Below, one piece after another: positions 52,334 through 64,000 of a DNA stretch of 64,000 nt. The DNA is from Adineta vaga (taxonomy: Eukaryota; Animalia; Rotifera). Location: contig CP075497.1 in the NCBI GenBank assembly GCA_021613535.1, forward strand, positions 12,462,001-12,526,000, in the 5' to 3' direction. The position numbers and the translations under genes were made by a program. The stretch's first letter is position 1; each line of letters starts with the position of its first letter. The notes under the pieces are model-generated. The model searched no databases. It saw nothing but the letters and a program-made list of their open reading frames with translations, and was not told the origin of the DNA.

Positions 52334-54262
52334 ATGCGTTTATTAATAAATTGTATTCGTTATTCTCCAAATCTTTTTATCTCTCGTCAATTTCATTTAT
52401 CATTACGAAATGATAATTTATTAAAAAGTTTATATAATCATTTTCAATATGGAAGAAAAGCAAAACAATTAGCATTAGAACGTGGAATTGATTTAAATAA
52501 TTTAACTGCTGAACAACGAATTAAACTTCAATCAATTTTAAAATTAAAAAATACATTTCGTGTTGTTAATGTTGTTATGGGTTTAATGGGTGTTATTGCT
52601 TTAGTTGTTTGGTTAAAACGTCGTCAAAACAAGATTTCAATTGAAAGAGAAATTAATAAAGAATTTGAACCAATTTGGATGAATTTAAAATATTTTAAAC
52701 ATAAAGGTGCTTTAGTTAAATCTTATTTATTACCTGAACAAATTATTGGAAAATTAAATGAAATACAAAATTTTCAATTTAATTCAAATCAATGTATTTG
52801 TGCTTCATTTCCAAAATCAGGAACAACTTTAATACAAGAAATTGTTTATTTACTTCAAACGAATTTTGATTATCAATCAGCTAAACAAATTGATATTTCC
52901 GAAAGATTTGCTTTTATCGAATGGCCATCGGTTAATTTACAAAAATTACCTCAAAATCAAACTTTTTTCAAAACACATTTACCGCCAACATTCTTCAATC
53001 AATCATTTACAAAACCTAAAGTAATTTTTAAAATATTGTTTAGAAATATAAGAAAGAAAGAGAAAAGCGGATTCGAGGATCCACTTAGGAATGGACCAGT
53101 TTCAGTTAACCCTTCCAGAACCGTGACTCAACCAGCAACAGAAATCTAATGAGATATTATATTTAACATAAGCATAAAGTGTTTTTCAAGTCATTTTCGT
53201 CAAATCAATATATTCGAATGTCATATAAGATTACTTCTAACTTGATTCCGACATAGAATACTCAAAATATTTTATATATGAGCAAAAGGATACTGTCTAC
53301 TACACTTGTATTTGAGAACAGAACAGATGCTAGACAATCCCATGAGATTCATTATCTAAATAATCCTATTGGACTTATAATTCATATACAGAGATATTGC
53401 ACGAAGTTTTCTCTGTATCGTGACGAAAAGTACATCCTAAAAGGGTGAATTGGTGCATCTCTAGATCCGCTTCTCCCCTTCCCTTGCTAAATCTTATATA
53501 TTTGCAGGTTCTTTTTGAAAATATTCATTGAAAGATTTTGTTATATTTAGGTGGTTTATGTATATCGAAATCCGAAAGATGTAACTGTATCTTTATTTCA
53601 TTTTCTTCGTTCGATAAATATTGAACTGACATATTCGGGACCATGGAATCAATTTGTTCAATCTTTTCTTATTGATGAAGGTATTTCTCTTTTTTGCTTG
53701 ATAAAAATTTTAATTTTATTTTAGTTTATTATGGTCCTTGGTGGAAACATGTGAATGATTATCATGCAATGAATGATTCAATCTTTTGTATTTCTTATGA
53801 AGATTTAATAACAGTAAAGAATTTATTCTCCTATGAAATCAAATGAAAATATTTATTGTTGAAGGATTTTCGTGGAAGTGTTCGTCGATTAGCAAAATAT
53901 TTAGGAAAAGAAAAAGAATTAACAGAAGAACAATTAGATAAATTAGAGAAATGGTGTTCATTTGATTCAATGAGAAATAATCCGAAAGTTAATTATAATT
54001 GGTTTAGAGAATGGGGTTTTGTTAAAAAATCATTTGCATTTTTAAGAAAAGGTTTGATTCGATTGAATTATTATTTTTTTAAATGAAAGTTTCTTTAGGT
54101 CAAATTGGTGATTGGTTAAATCATTTTGATGCTCAACAATCGAAAGAATATGATCAAATGGTTTCTAGTCGTGTTTCTCCCTCTGTTCCTCCTTTTAATT
54201 ATGGAATTTCTCAGGAAAATCAACAGAAACTTTATGATTACGATTCTCAACAAAAGAAATAG
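52334..54262 (+). CDS. Cytosolic-type (SULT, SULT4A1-like) sulfotransferase with N-terminal presequence and TM extension, 5 exons
   Basis: SFPKSGTTLIQEIVYL, KTHLP, YRNPKDVTVS, YGPWWKHV, SYEDL, FLRKGQIGDWLNHF. Stop TAG at 54260-54262. Confidence 0.92.
53064..53475. mobile_element. MITE-like insertion in sulfotransferase intron 1
   Basis: Ends AAGCGGATTCGAG and CTAGATCCGCTT are imperfect inverted repeats bracketing ~410 bp inside a ~530-nt intron. Confidence 0.5.
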
Positions 54263-54293
54263 TTTTCTTTTGTTTGTTTGCTTTTTCTTTCAG

Positions 54294-57200
54294 ATGCAAA
54301 AAACCGAAATTCACTGGTCACCGAACGATCGAAATCAATTAGCTGAAATCGGAGCTGAGATCATAATTCATACATTTGATCGACCATTAAGTGGAGAAAG
54401 TGGAAAATGTGTTCTTGGAGGTACAAATAGAAAAACAACAAGTCTTAATTATCCATTACATGAAAAGAATTATTTTAAAGTTTGATTTATTTTCTTGTTC
54501 AAGATTATTTCATTCTGAAAATGAATATTTAGTGTTGTGCTTGGTGGCCATCACAAGAATTTCCGTATGTATTTGCAATTGGACAACCAAATGGAAGAAT
54601 TATTTTTGAAAAGTAATAAAAATGAATTTTTTGATTTTCTTTTCGATTATTTCGTTTTGTTTTAGTGTTAAAGATCGATCGGATCCATTGAGTCAAGGAA
54701 GAATAGGTTTGATTTCCTTGTTATTTGAAAAAAAAATGAATGAATTTTTTCACTTCTTATTTAAGTAATTGAATCGAAACAAAATCGAGCATGTGTCGCA
54801 TTAGAATGGAATTCTAAACATCCAAATTTAGTAAAAAAAATTCATTGAAAATCATTTAAAGAACTATTTGTCCTTCTTTTTCAAGCTTCTGTCAGGTTTT
54901 GATCGATTTCGTGGAGAAAATTGTTTAACAATCTGGGATATAAATCATAATGGTATGTCTTCACCAACCTTACAAAACGGAACAGGAGGAATTCCTTCAT
55001 CATCATCCGCAACAAATATTGAAGAATATAAACGATATGATGTGTTTATGTCAAATCAATTAGTTTGTAAACCAATATTTGACCAAGGTGCTCATGAACA
55101 ATGTCATTCATTATCTTGGTTTAAACCTAATGAAAAAATCTTTGCTGCTTGTACAACACAACATAATACCAGAACGATTAAAATTTATGATCAAAGAAGT
55201 AATTTGTTTATTCTTTCTTTTGCCTATGAATAGAATCGAATGATACAATTTCTTTTTACATTCAGTTTTGTTTTCGAGAAATGATTCGTTGTGAAAACCA
55301 TCAAATTGAATCTTTTGTTTAGTTGCTTCATCAAGTGTTTTATCATTTCCAACGAAAGGACCATTTAATTTATGTTGTGATTCAAGTGAACGATATTTAG
55401 CGTCGAGTAATGATGTAAGAAGATTTTTGAGATAGATTTCAAAGGAAATTTATTTCTTCGTTTTAGAGAACAGTTTATGTTTATGATAGTCGTTCACCTG
55501 AAAAAGCATTGATTGTTCGAGAAGAACATGAACCTATTGTGAAATTGTCATGGAGTCGAATTGGGTAAGAAGATTTTGTTTATTTAAAGAAAGAAAGAAA
55601 GAAAGAATAAACTTTTTTTTTTTTTATTAAGATCATCTCAACTTGGTTATTGTATTCGAGATTCACCAAAATTTCATGTTTTATCAGTATCAACAAATCC
55701 TAATCATGAAAATGATGTTTTTGTTCATCGAATTCTTCAATGTAAAATCAAAATTTGTTTTTTGATTTTTCTCTTCAATTTTCTCCTTTTTAGGTCCAAT
55801 TCAACGATATCGTATTGGTTTAGCTTCATTTGATTGGAATTATTTTGATGAACATCGTCTTGTTTTATTAAGTGGAAAAGAATATTTTGATTATGTTATT
55901 CCATCTCGATCAACAATTGTATTTTTATCAATAAGATATTCTCTCAAAAACATATCTATTTCTTTTTATTTAGAATTATTCTCCACGAAATGGACTTTTA
56001 TGGACAAATGGTCATGAAATGTATCCATCGATCATTCCTCAAGATCAAAATCAATTAACTTCGAAAGTTTTATTCACATATGATTTATCAAATATTCAAA
56101 ATGAAAGAAGAAATGTGCCACCAACACAATCGATATTGAATAATGAAGTATGAACAAAAACAAATCTTTCATAGAAAATTAGTGTTTTTTTAGTTAATTC
56201 AAATGGATTTAAGAACAATGACAAAAGAAACTCAATCAACAATCGAACAAATTCAAAGATGGATTAAAAGTAAAGATAATCTTTTTCAAATTATTTCTCA
56301 AATCATTTTATTCAATTTAGGTACGAATACAGCAAGAGATCCTTATCCATTTATTGGTGTTATTGAATCATTAAGAGGTTTAGAAAAAGAACAACTTTTT
56401 TTTTATTCTAAATTTTCCTAATGAATAATAGAAGCTCAACCATCATCAACAAGTACAATAGCACATCAATCTTGGTCATCACTTATTAATTCAATTCATA
56501 CAAAAACTGTTTATGAATCACCAGAAAGGTAAAGACATTTCTCTTTCCTAGTAGCGTATTCAGCTCAACAATACCGAGATCGATAAAAACTCTGACCTAT
56601 CGCAGAAAGTCTTGCCCATCTGTTTAAAAATCCTGTTTCTTTCCAATTCCAACTAAATAATTATGAACTTTATGAAATAGTTGATAATATATTGAAATAT
56701 TTTCTAAAATAGACAAATCGTTGGTCAATTATGTGGTTGGTCAAATATTGATACAAAATCTGGTGGATACAATCGAATGACATCATTATTAGAACAAGAA
56801 GAATATGAAAAAGTCGCAGCGATTTATGTCTTTCAAATGGATATTAATCGAGCTTTAGAAGTTCTTAATGAAGGACTTCAGAGAGGTGGAAGAGAAGATT
56901 TAGCCACATTAATTCTTGCTTTAATTAGTTCAGTTCGAGCAACATCTACAAATAATGATGATAAAACATTAATTAATGATTTTTCTTCAGTAAAAAAATC
57001 GTTTCATCGTCCATATGTACGATCAATGTTTGAATTTATTTTAACATCCGACGGAAACGATCTTCAATATGAATGTGTTCTAGTATGAAGAAGGTTTTTT
57101 GATTTCAATTTATATCATTTTTATTTTTAAAGGATGAACAATTAGATCTCAATGATAAAGTTGCATTTGCAGCGAGATATTTAAATGATCAACGTCTTTA

Positions 57201-58198
57201 TGAGAAATTAGAAAAATTAGCGGATGATAGTCGAGACAAAGGAGAATTACAAGGAATTCTTCTAACAGGTTGATTTTAAAGAAAAATTTACTTGTTTTTT
57301 TTCTAATAAATTTCTTTTCAAGGTTTAAGACAAACTGGATGTGAATTAATTCAAAAATATCTTGATCAAACGAGTGATATTCGTACAGCTGCCTTACTTG
57401 CTATTTATGTACCTGAAGATGTTCATCAAGAATGTCGATATGTTCAAGAATGGATTGAAGGTTTTCGACTTCTTCTTGATGAACTTCAAATGTGGAGTGA
57501 ACGCGCTGAATTCGACATCTATCGTAGTCATATTGCTGGTACAGCATTACATCGTCGACATATATTTGATCGTCAAACAAATTTCACTCATCATTTTTCA
57601 TGTATTTTTTGTCAAACTCCTCTTGATAATCATCCTGGAATATCTAATCAAACTCCAATGTCGGCTGGTTTATCATCAAATCCTAATTCAGCATCAATAC
57701 CGACAACACCAATCAGACCACAAACTCGAGGATCACAACAATCCATAACAAATCGTACATCTGGATCATCCTCATCTTCATATCCTCCAACACAAAATTC
57801 AGATTTAGTTCGAAATCAAATTTCCATTTTTTTCTTTCTTTCTAAAAACTTATTCTTATCATTTTAGTTAATGGTTTGCAATAAATGTCGTCAAGTTTTA
57901 CCACGTTGTTCAATATGTATGATGAGTTTAACAACATATATTGAAGATGCATCTTATGCTTATGAACCTTTACCAGGTGAATTTCCTTTTTTTGTTGAAT
58001 AATTTATATATATATTTTCTATTAAATTTCTTTTTAGATAAACATACATTAATGTCAAGTCAATGGTTTACATGGTGTCGTTTATGTCGTCATGGTGGAC
58101 ATGCTGAACATGTATCAAATTGGTTTGCAATGAATCAACAATGTCCAGTTGCGAAATGTTTCTGTCGATGTACATTGATCGATGGAATTGTTGATTAG
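54294..58198 (+). CDS. MIOS: GATOR2 complex protein Mios (WD40 + C-terminal zinc/RING), many exons
   Basis: MQKTEIHWSP start; GELQGILLTGL; LPRCSIC; C-terminal WFTWCRLCRHGGHAEHVSNWF..CPVAKCFCRC. Confidence 0.92.
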
Positions 58199-58548
58199 TA
58201 TTTTTTCTTTCAATAGAATAAAAAACAAAAAAAAATCACATTTTATTGAATAAAGCAATCGAACTGTCAATCAAATGAATATTTACATTATTTCTATATA
58301 CAAAAAAGAAAATTTCAACTTTTGTTAATTCATTAAGAAAAGATCGTTCTTCGAATATTTTCAATAACTTGACGAGGAAAAGTAAAAAGGAAAGTATTAA
58401 ATTATTCTAACATAAGATTTTTATTTAAAATAAAAAATAGAAATTCATAAAAGAAGAAAAGAACCGGATTATTTATTTAATAATCTCTTAGAAAGATGTT
58501 GAATAGGACGGAATACATCCTTAGATGTAAATAAAATCAAAACTAAAA

Positions 58549-60905
58549 TCACGTTTTAACGTCGTTGTATAAAAGTGCATTTCTCATACGTCGTTGAGCT
58601 CGAATTTCTTGAAAAGCTGTTGATGTTCCCGTTGTTGTTCCGTTCGGACTTAATAAACCAGCAGCAGCAGCAGCATTTTGATCTTTATTAAGTAAACCGA
58701 AAGCTTGTTTCATTTTCGCGGCTTCACCTGCTTGAAACCATTGTTTTGGTATCATGGAAAGAAGAATACCTGCACAGGAACATAAGATCGCAGTTATAAC
58801 TAATGCAGGATATGTTTTCTTTAATAAATAATGATCAATAACTAAATTTAATTAAATTTTTTTTTAAAGATAAATTATTAAAAAGAAAAAGAAGAAGAAT
58901 GTACTTGCAATGGATGGAATTACAAGAAGTACTGATGTGACATAAGGTAACGATGTATATTTAAATGGAATTGTTATTAATAGTAGATTTAAGACTTTCA
59001 AAAATAAGAAAAATTAATTTTTAAAGTAAAAGAAAAAGAAAATTTTCTTACTAAGTGAAGACGTCAATGTTAAAATTGGAAATAATGAATAAAATTGATA
59101 AATATCAATTGGTTCAAATTGTGTTACATGAAATAATAAAGCAAATGGCCAAAAAAGACATGTACCACATAAACATACATTAATCATTACTATTCGATAT
59201 TTCGAACTTTTTAAATCTTTAACAAAACCATTTATAAGAACCTTTACAAAAAGAAAATGAGATTTTCAAAATAAAAAAATAACCGAATGCTTTTACATCA
59301 AATGTTGTTTTCATTGAAACAGCACCAACAACCATTGTTAATCCAAGTAAAAATCGATTAAAATGAAATCCATCATTATGTGCCAAAGAAAGTAAACCCG
59401 ATAACGCAAGAATATGTGCAATTATCTAAATTTATTCTTAGAAATATTAGAAAACAAATAATAAAATTTAAAACAAACTTTATTTCCTATAAATTCTTCA
59501 TGTAAAAAAATCCATCCAAGTATTTGACGTAATGTAATTGTTATTGAATATAATATAATAATTTCAATTGGTAAAAGTATTGTCATAGAACGAAACATAA
59601 AATAACAAGAAAAATACCATAAAAAACATAGTAAACATGTTTTTAATAGATAATCAATTAATGTATTTGATGAAGAACTTTTTCCACCATCAAATATTTG
59701 ACCAAATTCTCTAAAGAAAATTATCGAAATGAATCAATACGTGGAATATGTCTTTCGTATCGCATCGTTTTTTAAAGAAAGATATGCCAATAGGCACAAG
59801 GGCGTATGTGTATTTGTTTGTTCTATCCTAATGTAAGAATATATAGTGAACATCATTATTTTCGGTATAGAAGAACTTCTAATACGTCCGTGACTTTATT
59901 CAATTTCTTCTGATCAAACTGGAAAAAAAAGATAATGAAGATTGAATCAGTTATTTTTAGTTTGAAACTTTTTCTTTTGTAGATCTTAATGTTTTTGATG
60001 TTCTGATAAAAATAGATTTTTTTTTTGATAAAAATTCATGATAATCTTGTCAGACAAATCGGAATAATAAGACAACAAAAAGTTCATCAAGGTCGAGTGT
60101 TTTTCTTTTTCTGTGATAAAATGAGAAAATCTTTTTTTCATGCTGGTTTTTACTCTTTTTTCTCTTCAGTGTTTTGATGCATATCTTTTTCGAGAGAGAA
60201 AAGTAACGATACGTAACATTTTTCTTCCGGTCTTCTTCTTTTTCTTCTTCTTCTTTCTCTAGTCATTGACGGATGTTCTGTCAACTAAGCTTATTTTATA
60301 CATTCCACGGATATGAATTTTTAATGAACCCTTTTGACAAACTTCTTCTTCTTTTTTCTTTTTTTAAGTTGAAAAGCAATGTTAATTGATAAAATGAATT
60401 ATTCTTACCTAAGAAAAGCTGCTCGAGCTCGATCACGTCGTAAACGTTGTTGATAAAGAATTAAATGAATAATTAAACAAGTTAGAAATAAGCAAACATT
60501 AAACATCCATACAGATGCAAAAAATGAACGAATTGAAAAGAGTTTTTCATTCGAATATTTTGTTTGATTAGAAGATAAACTTTTATTTGAAATTTCAACT
60601 TTTATTTTAACAAGTTCTTTTGCTAATTCAATTGTTATGATGAGAAGTAATGAAAATAATATTGTTAAAGTAACATATAATAAAAAAGATTTAATTCGTT
60701 TTTTATATTTTAATCGATTTGCTGTTGATGGTAATAAACGATTTAAATTTGAATTTTGTTCTTTACCAACAGATAAATGTTGAGATGCATGATTTGAGGG
60801 AAGTAATCCATTTAATAATGAATTCGTTATTGGAGATGTGGATAATTGTGAACTTGTACTTAAACGTGGACCACGAAGATTTTGAGCCTGAGACTGTTGT
60901 TGCAT
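58549..60905 (-). CDS. SLC35F3/F4-like drug/metabolite-superfamily transporter, multi-exon
   Basis: Spliced minus-strand exons read LGWIFLHEEFIGNKIIAHILALSGLLSLAHNDGFH and CLFWPFALLFHVTQFE; multiple TMs. Confidence 0.75.
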
Positions 60906-62136
60906 TGAGATAAATGAACTACGATTTGATCGATCTGGTTTTTTTTGTTCTTACTGCGTAATATAAAAATATAATTAGTCGTAATGGAGTTATTCTCAAA
61001 AAGAACAGAAGAGAAAAAGACAGAAGCAACATTTTCTTTCCTTTTCTTTCTCTGGTTTTTTTTCCTTCGTTTCAGTTGAGCTTTGATTCATTTCTTTAAA
61101 GTTATAATGAAAATCTTTGACTATCATTGTCAAAAGAAGTCTACTTCGAATAAAGACAGAAAAACACGGATGTTAAAAGTTTTCTTTTTCTTCTTACATA
61201 TTTTTTTACATATTCTTTAGTTAGTTGCTTTCTTAAGTAGTAAACAAGAACTAATTCTATTTTCTTCGTATCAATCGAATGATTTGCCTTTCGAACAAAC
61301 GAGAAACGTGAATTAAATCAATTTAATAAAAGAATTTCGTTCATGTCTTTGAATTGATAATGACTGAAAATGAATAAGAAATAAGAAAGGATTTTGCATA
61401 GTAGATAAGACGAAGAAAAAAAGAGATAATCTTTTCACGCAAGAAAAATTATCAATGATTAAATACGAAGAAATTAAAATTTTTCGGAAAGAAAAGAAGA
61501 TTTTTTTTTCTCCTCTAAATGAATTGATAAACAAAATAATCTCTTTTATTTCATATTTAATGAAGTTAATTATTAAATATTTCTATATAAAATCTATTCA
61601 TTGTATACCTGACATTGATTTTGTTATGTTTTTAAAAAAAAAGAGATGCTTTTATGTCCTTGAAGTTTATTTTCTATTTCTCTATATTATTTTTTCATGA
61701 AAGAAAATATCATTTGCCTTGCCTTTCTCTTCTTTTTTTAATGAAGTTTCTTTTATCTGAATGAGACATGAAATTATCCAATGAAGAGCATGTCTGTCCT
61801 CTCTCTTTTTTCTCTTCTCAATTTAATTATGCGATGTAATCTAATAGTATTGGTTGACGAGACTAACAACAAAATGAAATTGATTAAGGTCACTCTGACC
61901 GAAGTCAATATGACATATAGATTATTTCTTTGTGTCTCTCTCATTTCTTTTTTTTTCTTTTTGTGTTCAAATGAAAATGATAGAGAAAAAAAGAAGAGAA
62001 GAAGGAGGACGATGTGATTCGAGCGGCGTCATTCATTGCATAATATGTTAATAGAAGTCATCCATCGCTATTCATCGTGAACAAGTCATTTCCATAATTT
62101 GAAAAAGCAAATCTAACGACACATCGTCATACAACA

Positions 62137-63162
62137 ATGATCTTGATAACATATGAATTTCTGATTTGTTTTGTAAGTTTTAGTTTTGTTTTCAATTAAA
62201 GGAAAAATTTTATTTTTTTTTAAGTATTTGTCAATATTAATTATAATTGATTGTTCAACAACATCCTCATCAATTCTATTAAATCGTTTAAAAAAACATA
62301 AAACAATTACATTTCAATCAACATTGAGTTCACCAAAAGAATTAAATATTGAACAAAATATGAAGTTTAATTTAACATGTTCATTTTTATCAAATTTTCC
62401 TCAAATTGATATTTTTTGGCTTCATAATGGAACATTAATTCAATCATTTATTTCCAAAGTAATTCATTTTTATTTTTCTTTCGAACAAAAAAAGATTATT
62501 ATTCTTATTTTTAGTCAATTTCAAATGAAGAAGATTCTTTTCTTGCTGTTTCAATTGTTTCAACAATATCTATTGAAAAAATTCATTTTGATATGAATGG
62601 ATTTTATCAATGTATTGGAGTACATCAAGAAGTTTATGCTCAACAAACATTTTCTGTAAATATAAATCTAAACGGTAAAATTAAAAAAACAACAAAAAAA
62701 CAAGAATTCTATTTAAAATTTTTCATTAATAGATATTAGTTTAATACCAGTAAGTTTTTCTCGAGATGCATCTTTTGTTGGTAAGTCAAAACAAATCTAT
62801 GAATTCTAAATATAGTTCCGGAAATTGTTTTTCAATAGTTCATACGGTACAAGCATTATTTGAACCTCGTAATTCGATTTCCTTGCTTTGTCGTATAAGT
62901 GAATATAAAAAGAAAGAATGTCAAATACAATGGTTTGACCCAAATGAGGAATCTTTGGATATGCTCGGTGAAAATACAGATTTGGTGATTAAAAATGCAA
63001 CATTTGAACTTGATATGGGTTTATATACTTGTCAAATATGTTGTGCAAGTCAATGTCAAAAGTTAACTTCATTTATTTATCCAGTAAGATGTTTAAAAAA
63101 GTGAAGAAAAAAAAAGATTTTAATATTTTTATTTTTAGACTGAAGAAGATGAACAAAACTAA
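62137..63162 (+). CDS. Small secreted two-Ig-domain protein (ImpL2/ZIG-like)
   Basis: Signal peptide; FNLTC...IFWLHNG; DMNGFYQC; LLCRI...IQWFDP; DMGLYTCQ; ends TSFIYP-TEEDEQN*. No TM. Confidence 0.75.
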
Positions 63163-63429
63163 ACTTTATTTAATGTAATTATTTGTATCTAATTCCGTTT
63201 TGCTTTTGTATTATATATGAAATAAAAAAAAAGAACAGATTTAGATTAGAAAACATTTTTAATAAAAAAATTGGTTTAATGTCGACTTTGTTATTCAGCT
63301 ATTCAAATGAGAATATATCCTATTCTATGATGTTGAATCATTCTGTGGTGTATAGTACAGAATTGACATTCGATAAATCTTAGATTTTTTACGAACAGAA
63401 AACTATTAACATTAATAAATATGAAAAAC

Positions 63430-64000
63430 AAATATTCAAGATGAATTGAAACATCAATATGTGTTGTTTAATTTTGCACGCATCGCTTCTTTACCATCCG
63501 CTGTGATCATCATACTGTAACTTTAAATATTTCAAGTTATAATCTTCAACACAACAATGATTATTAAAGGCAGAATATTGTTTAAGACGATTGAGTTCAT
63601 CATTATTAAGAGTTATTGATAAATTTATTCGCCGCAATACCGACATCAAATCTTCACTTGTTAATAATTCGATGAATACTAATTCATTGTTTAGTTTCCA
63701 TAAAAAAAATTTCATAAATCTAAAATTATGTAATTGATTCATAGGAACTAATCGATATTTATTTTGGTAAATGAAAATTCAGATTATCTAGAATATCAGT
63801 TCATATGATATGAAAATACACAAATGTCTCCGATAAAGGTCGTGTTAACATCATACAGGCGATCAAAGACAATACGATATTCGCATTGAAAATTCTACAA
63901 CTATTGATTTCACTTTCGATTGTATACATTTCTACGAAAATATTTTTTTTAATTTACTGATCAATCGAAATTCACATCTTGTATCAATTATCAATGACTC
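63430..64000 (-). pseudogene. Degenerate coding remnant running off the window edge
   Basis: 83-aa ORF with LRRINLSITL and coding-like composition, flanked by stops. Product not identified. Confidence 0.25.

Noticed and set aside
60950-62100. Several 70-80 aa ORFs between the SLC35F-like and Ig genes
   Set aside because: F/K/I-rich translations of an AT-rich divergent promoter region.

Overview
This is AT-rich eukaryotic DNA with short (~50-60 nt) GT-AG introns and the standard code. Gene content and style point to a bdelloid rotifer (inference). From left to right: (1) a tandem pair of type-I membrane protein genes with a near-identical ectodomain, Thr/Ser stalks built from symmetric micro-exons, and very different cytoplasmic tails; (2) a decayed bdelloid-type membrane gene; (3) an intronless GPR1/FUN34/YaaH (SatP/Ady2) acetate transporter, a likely horizontal acquisition; (4) a decayed multi-exon gene; (5) a tightly packed minus-strand cluster Deltex-like / cyclin C / Vps54, of which ~2.8 kb is duplicated 12.5 kb downstream next to a decayed Vps54 relic; (6) an intronless 1580-aa LDLa-EGF-7TM receptor; (7) a divergent Rel-homology-like gene, a GPCR and a mosaic Cys-rich secreted protein; (8) a tightly packed plus-strand cluster SAYSD1 / ADAT3 / sulfotransferase / Mios; (9) an SLC35F-like transporter and a two-Ig protein. 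The most striking signal is the two housekeeping clusters. Their stop-to-start gaps are only 24-139 nt and each downstream ATG is preceded by an unpaired splice acceptor, which is the architecture expected of SL trans-spliced operons. All exon models were read by eye and no database searches were run.
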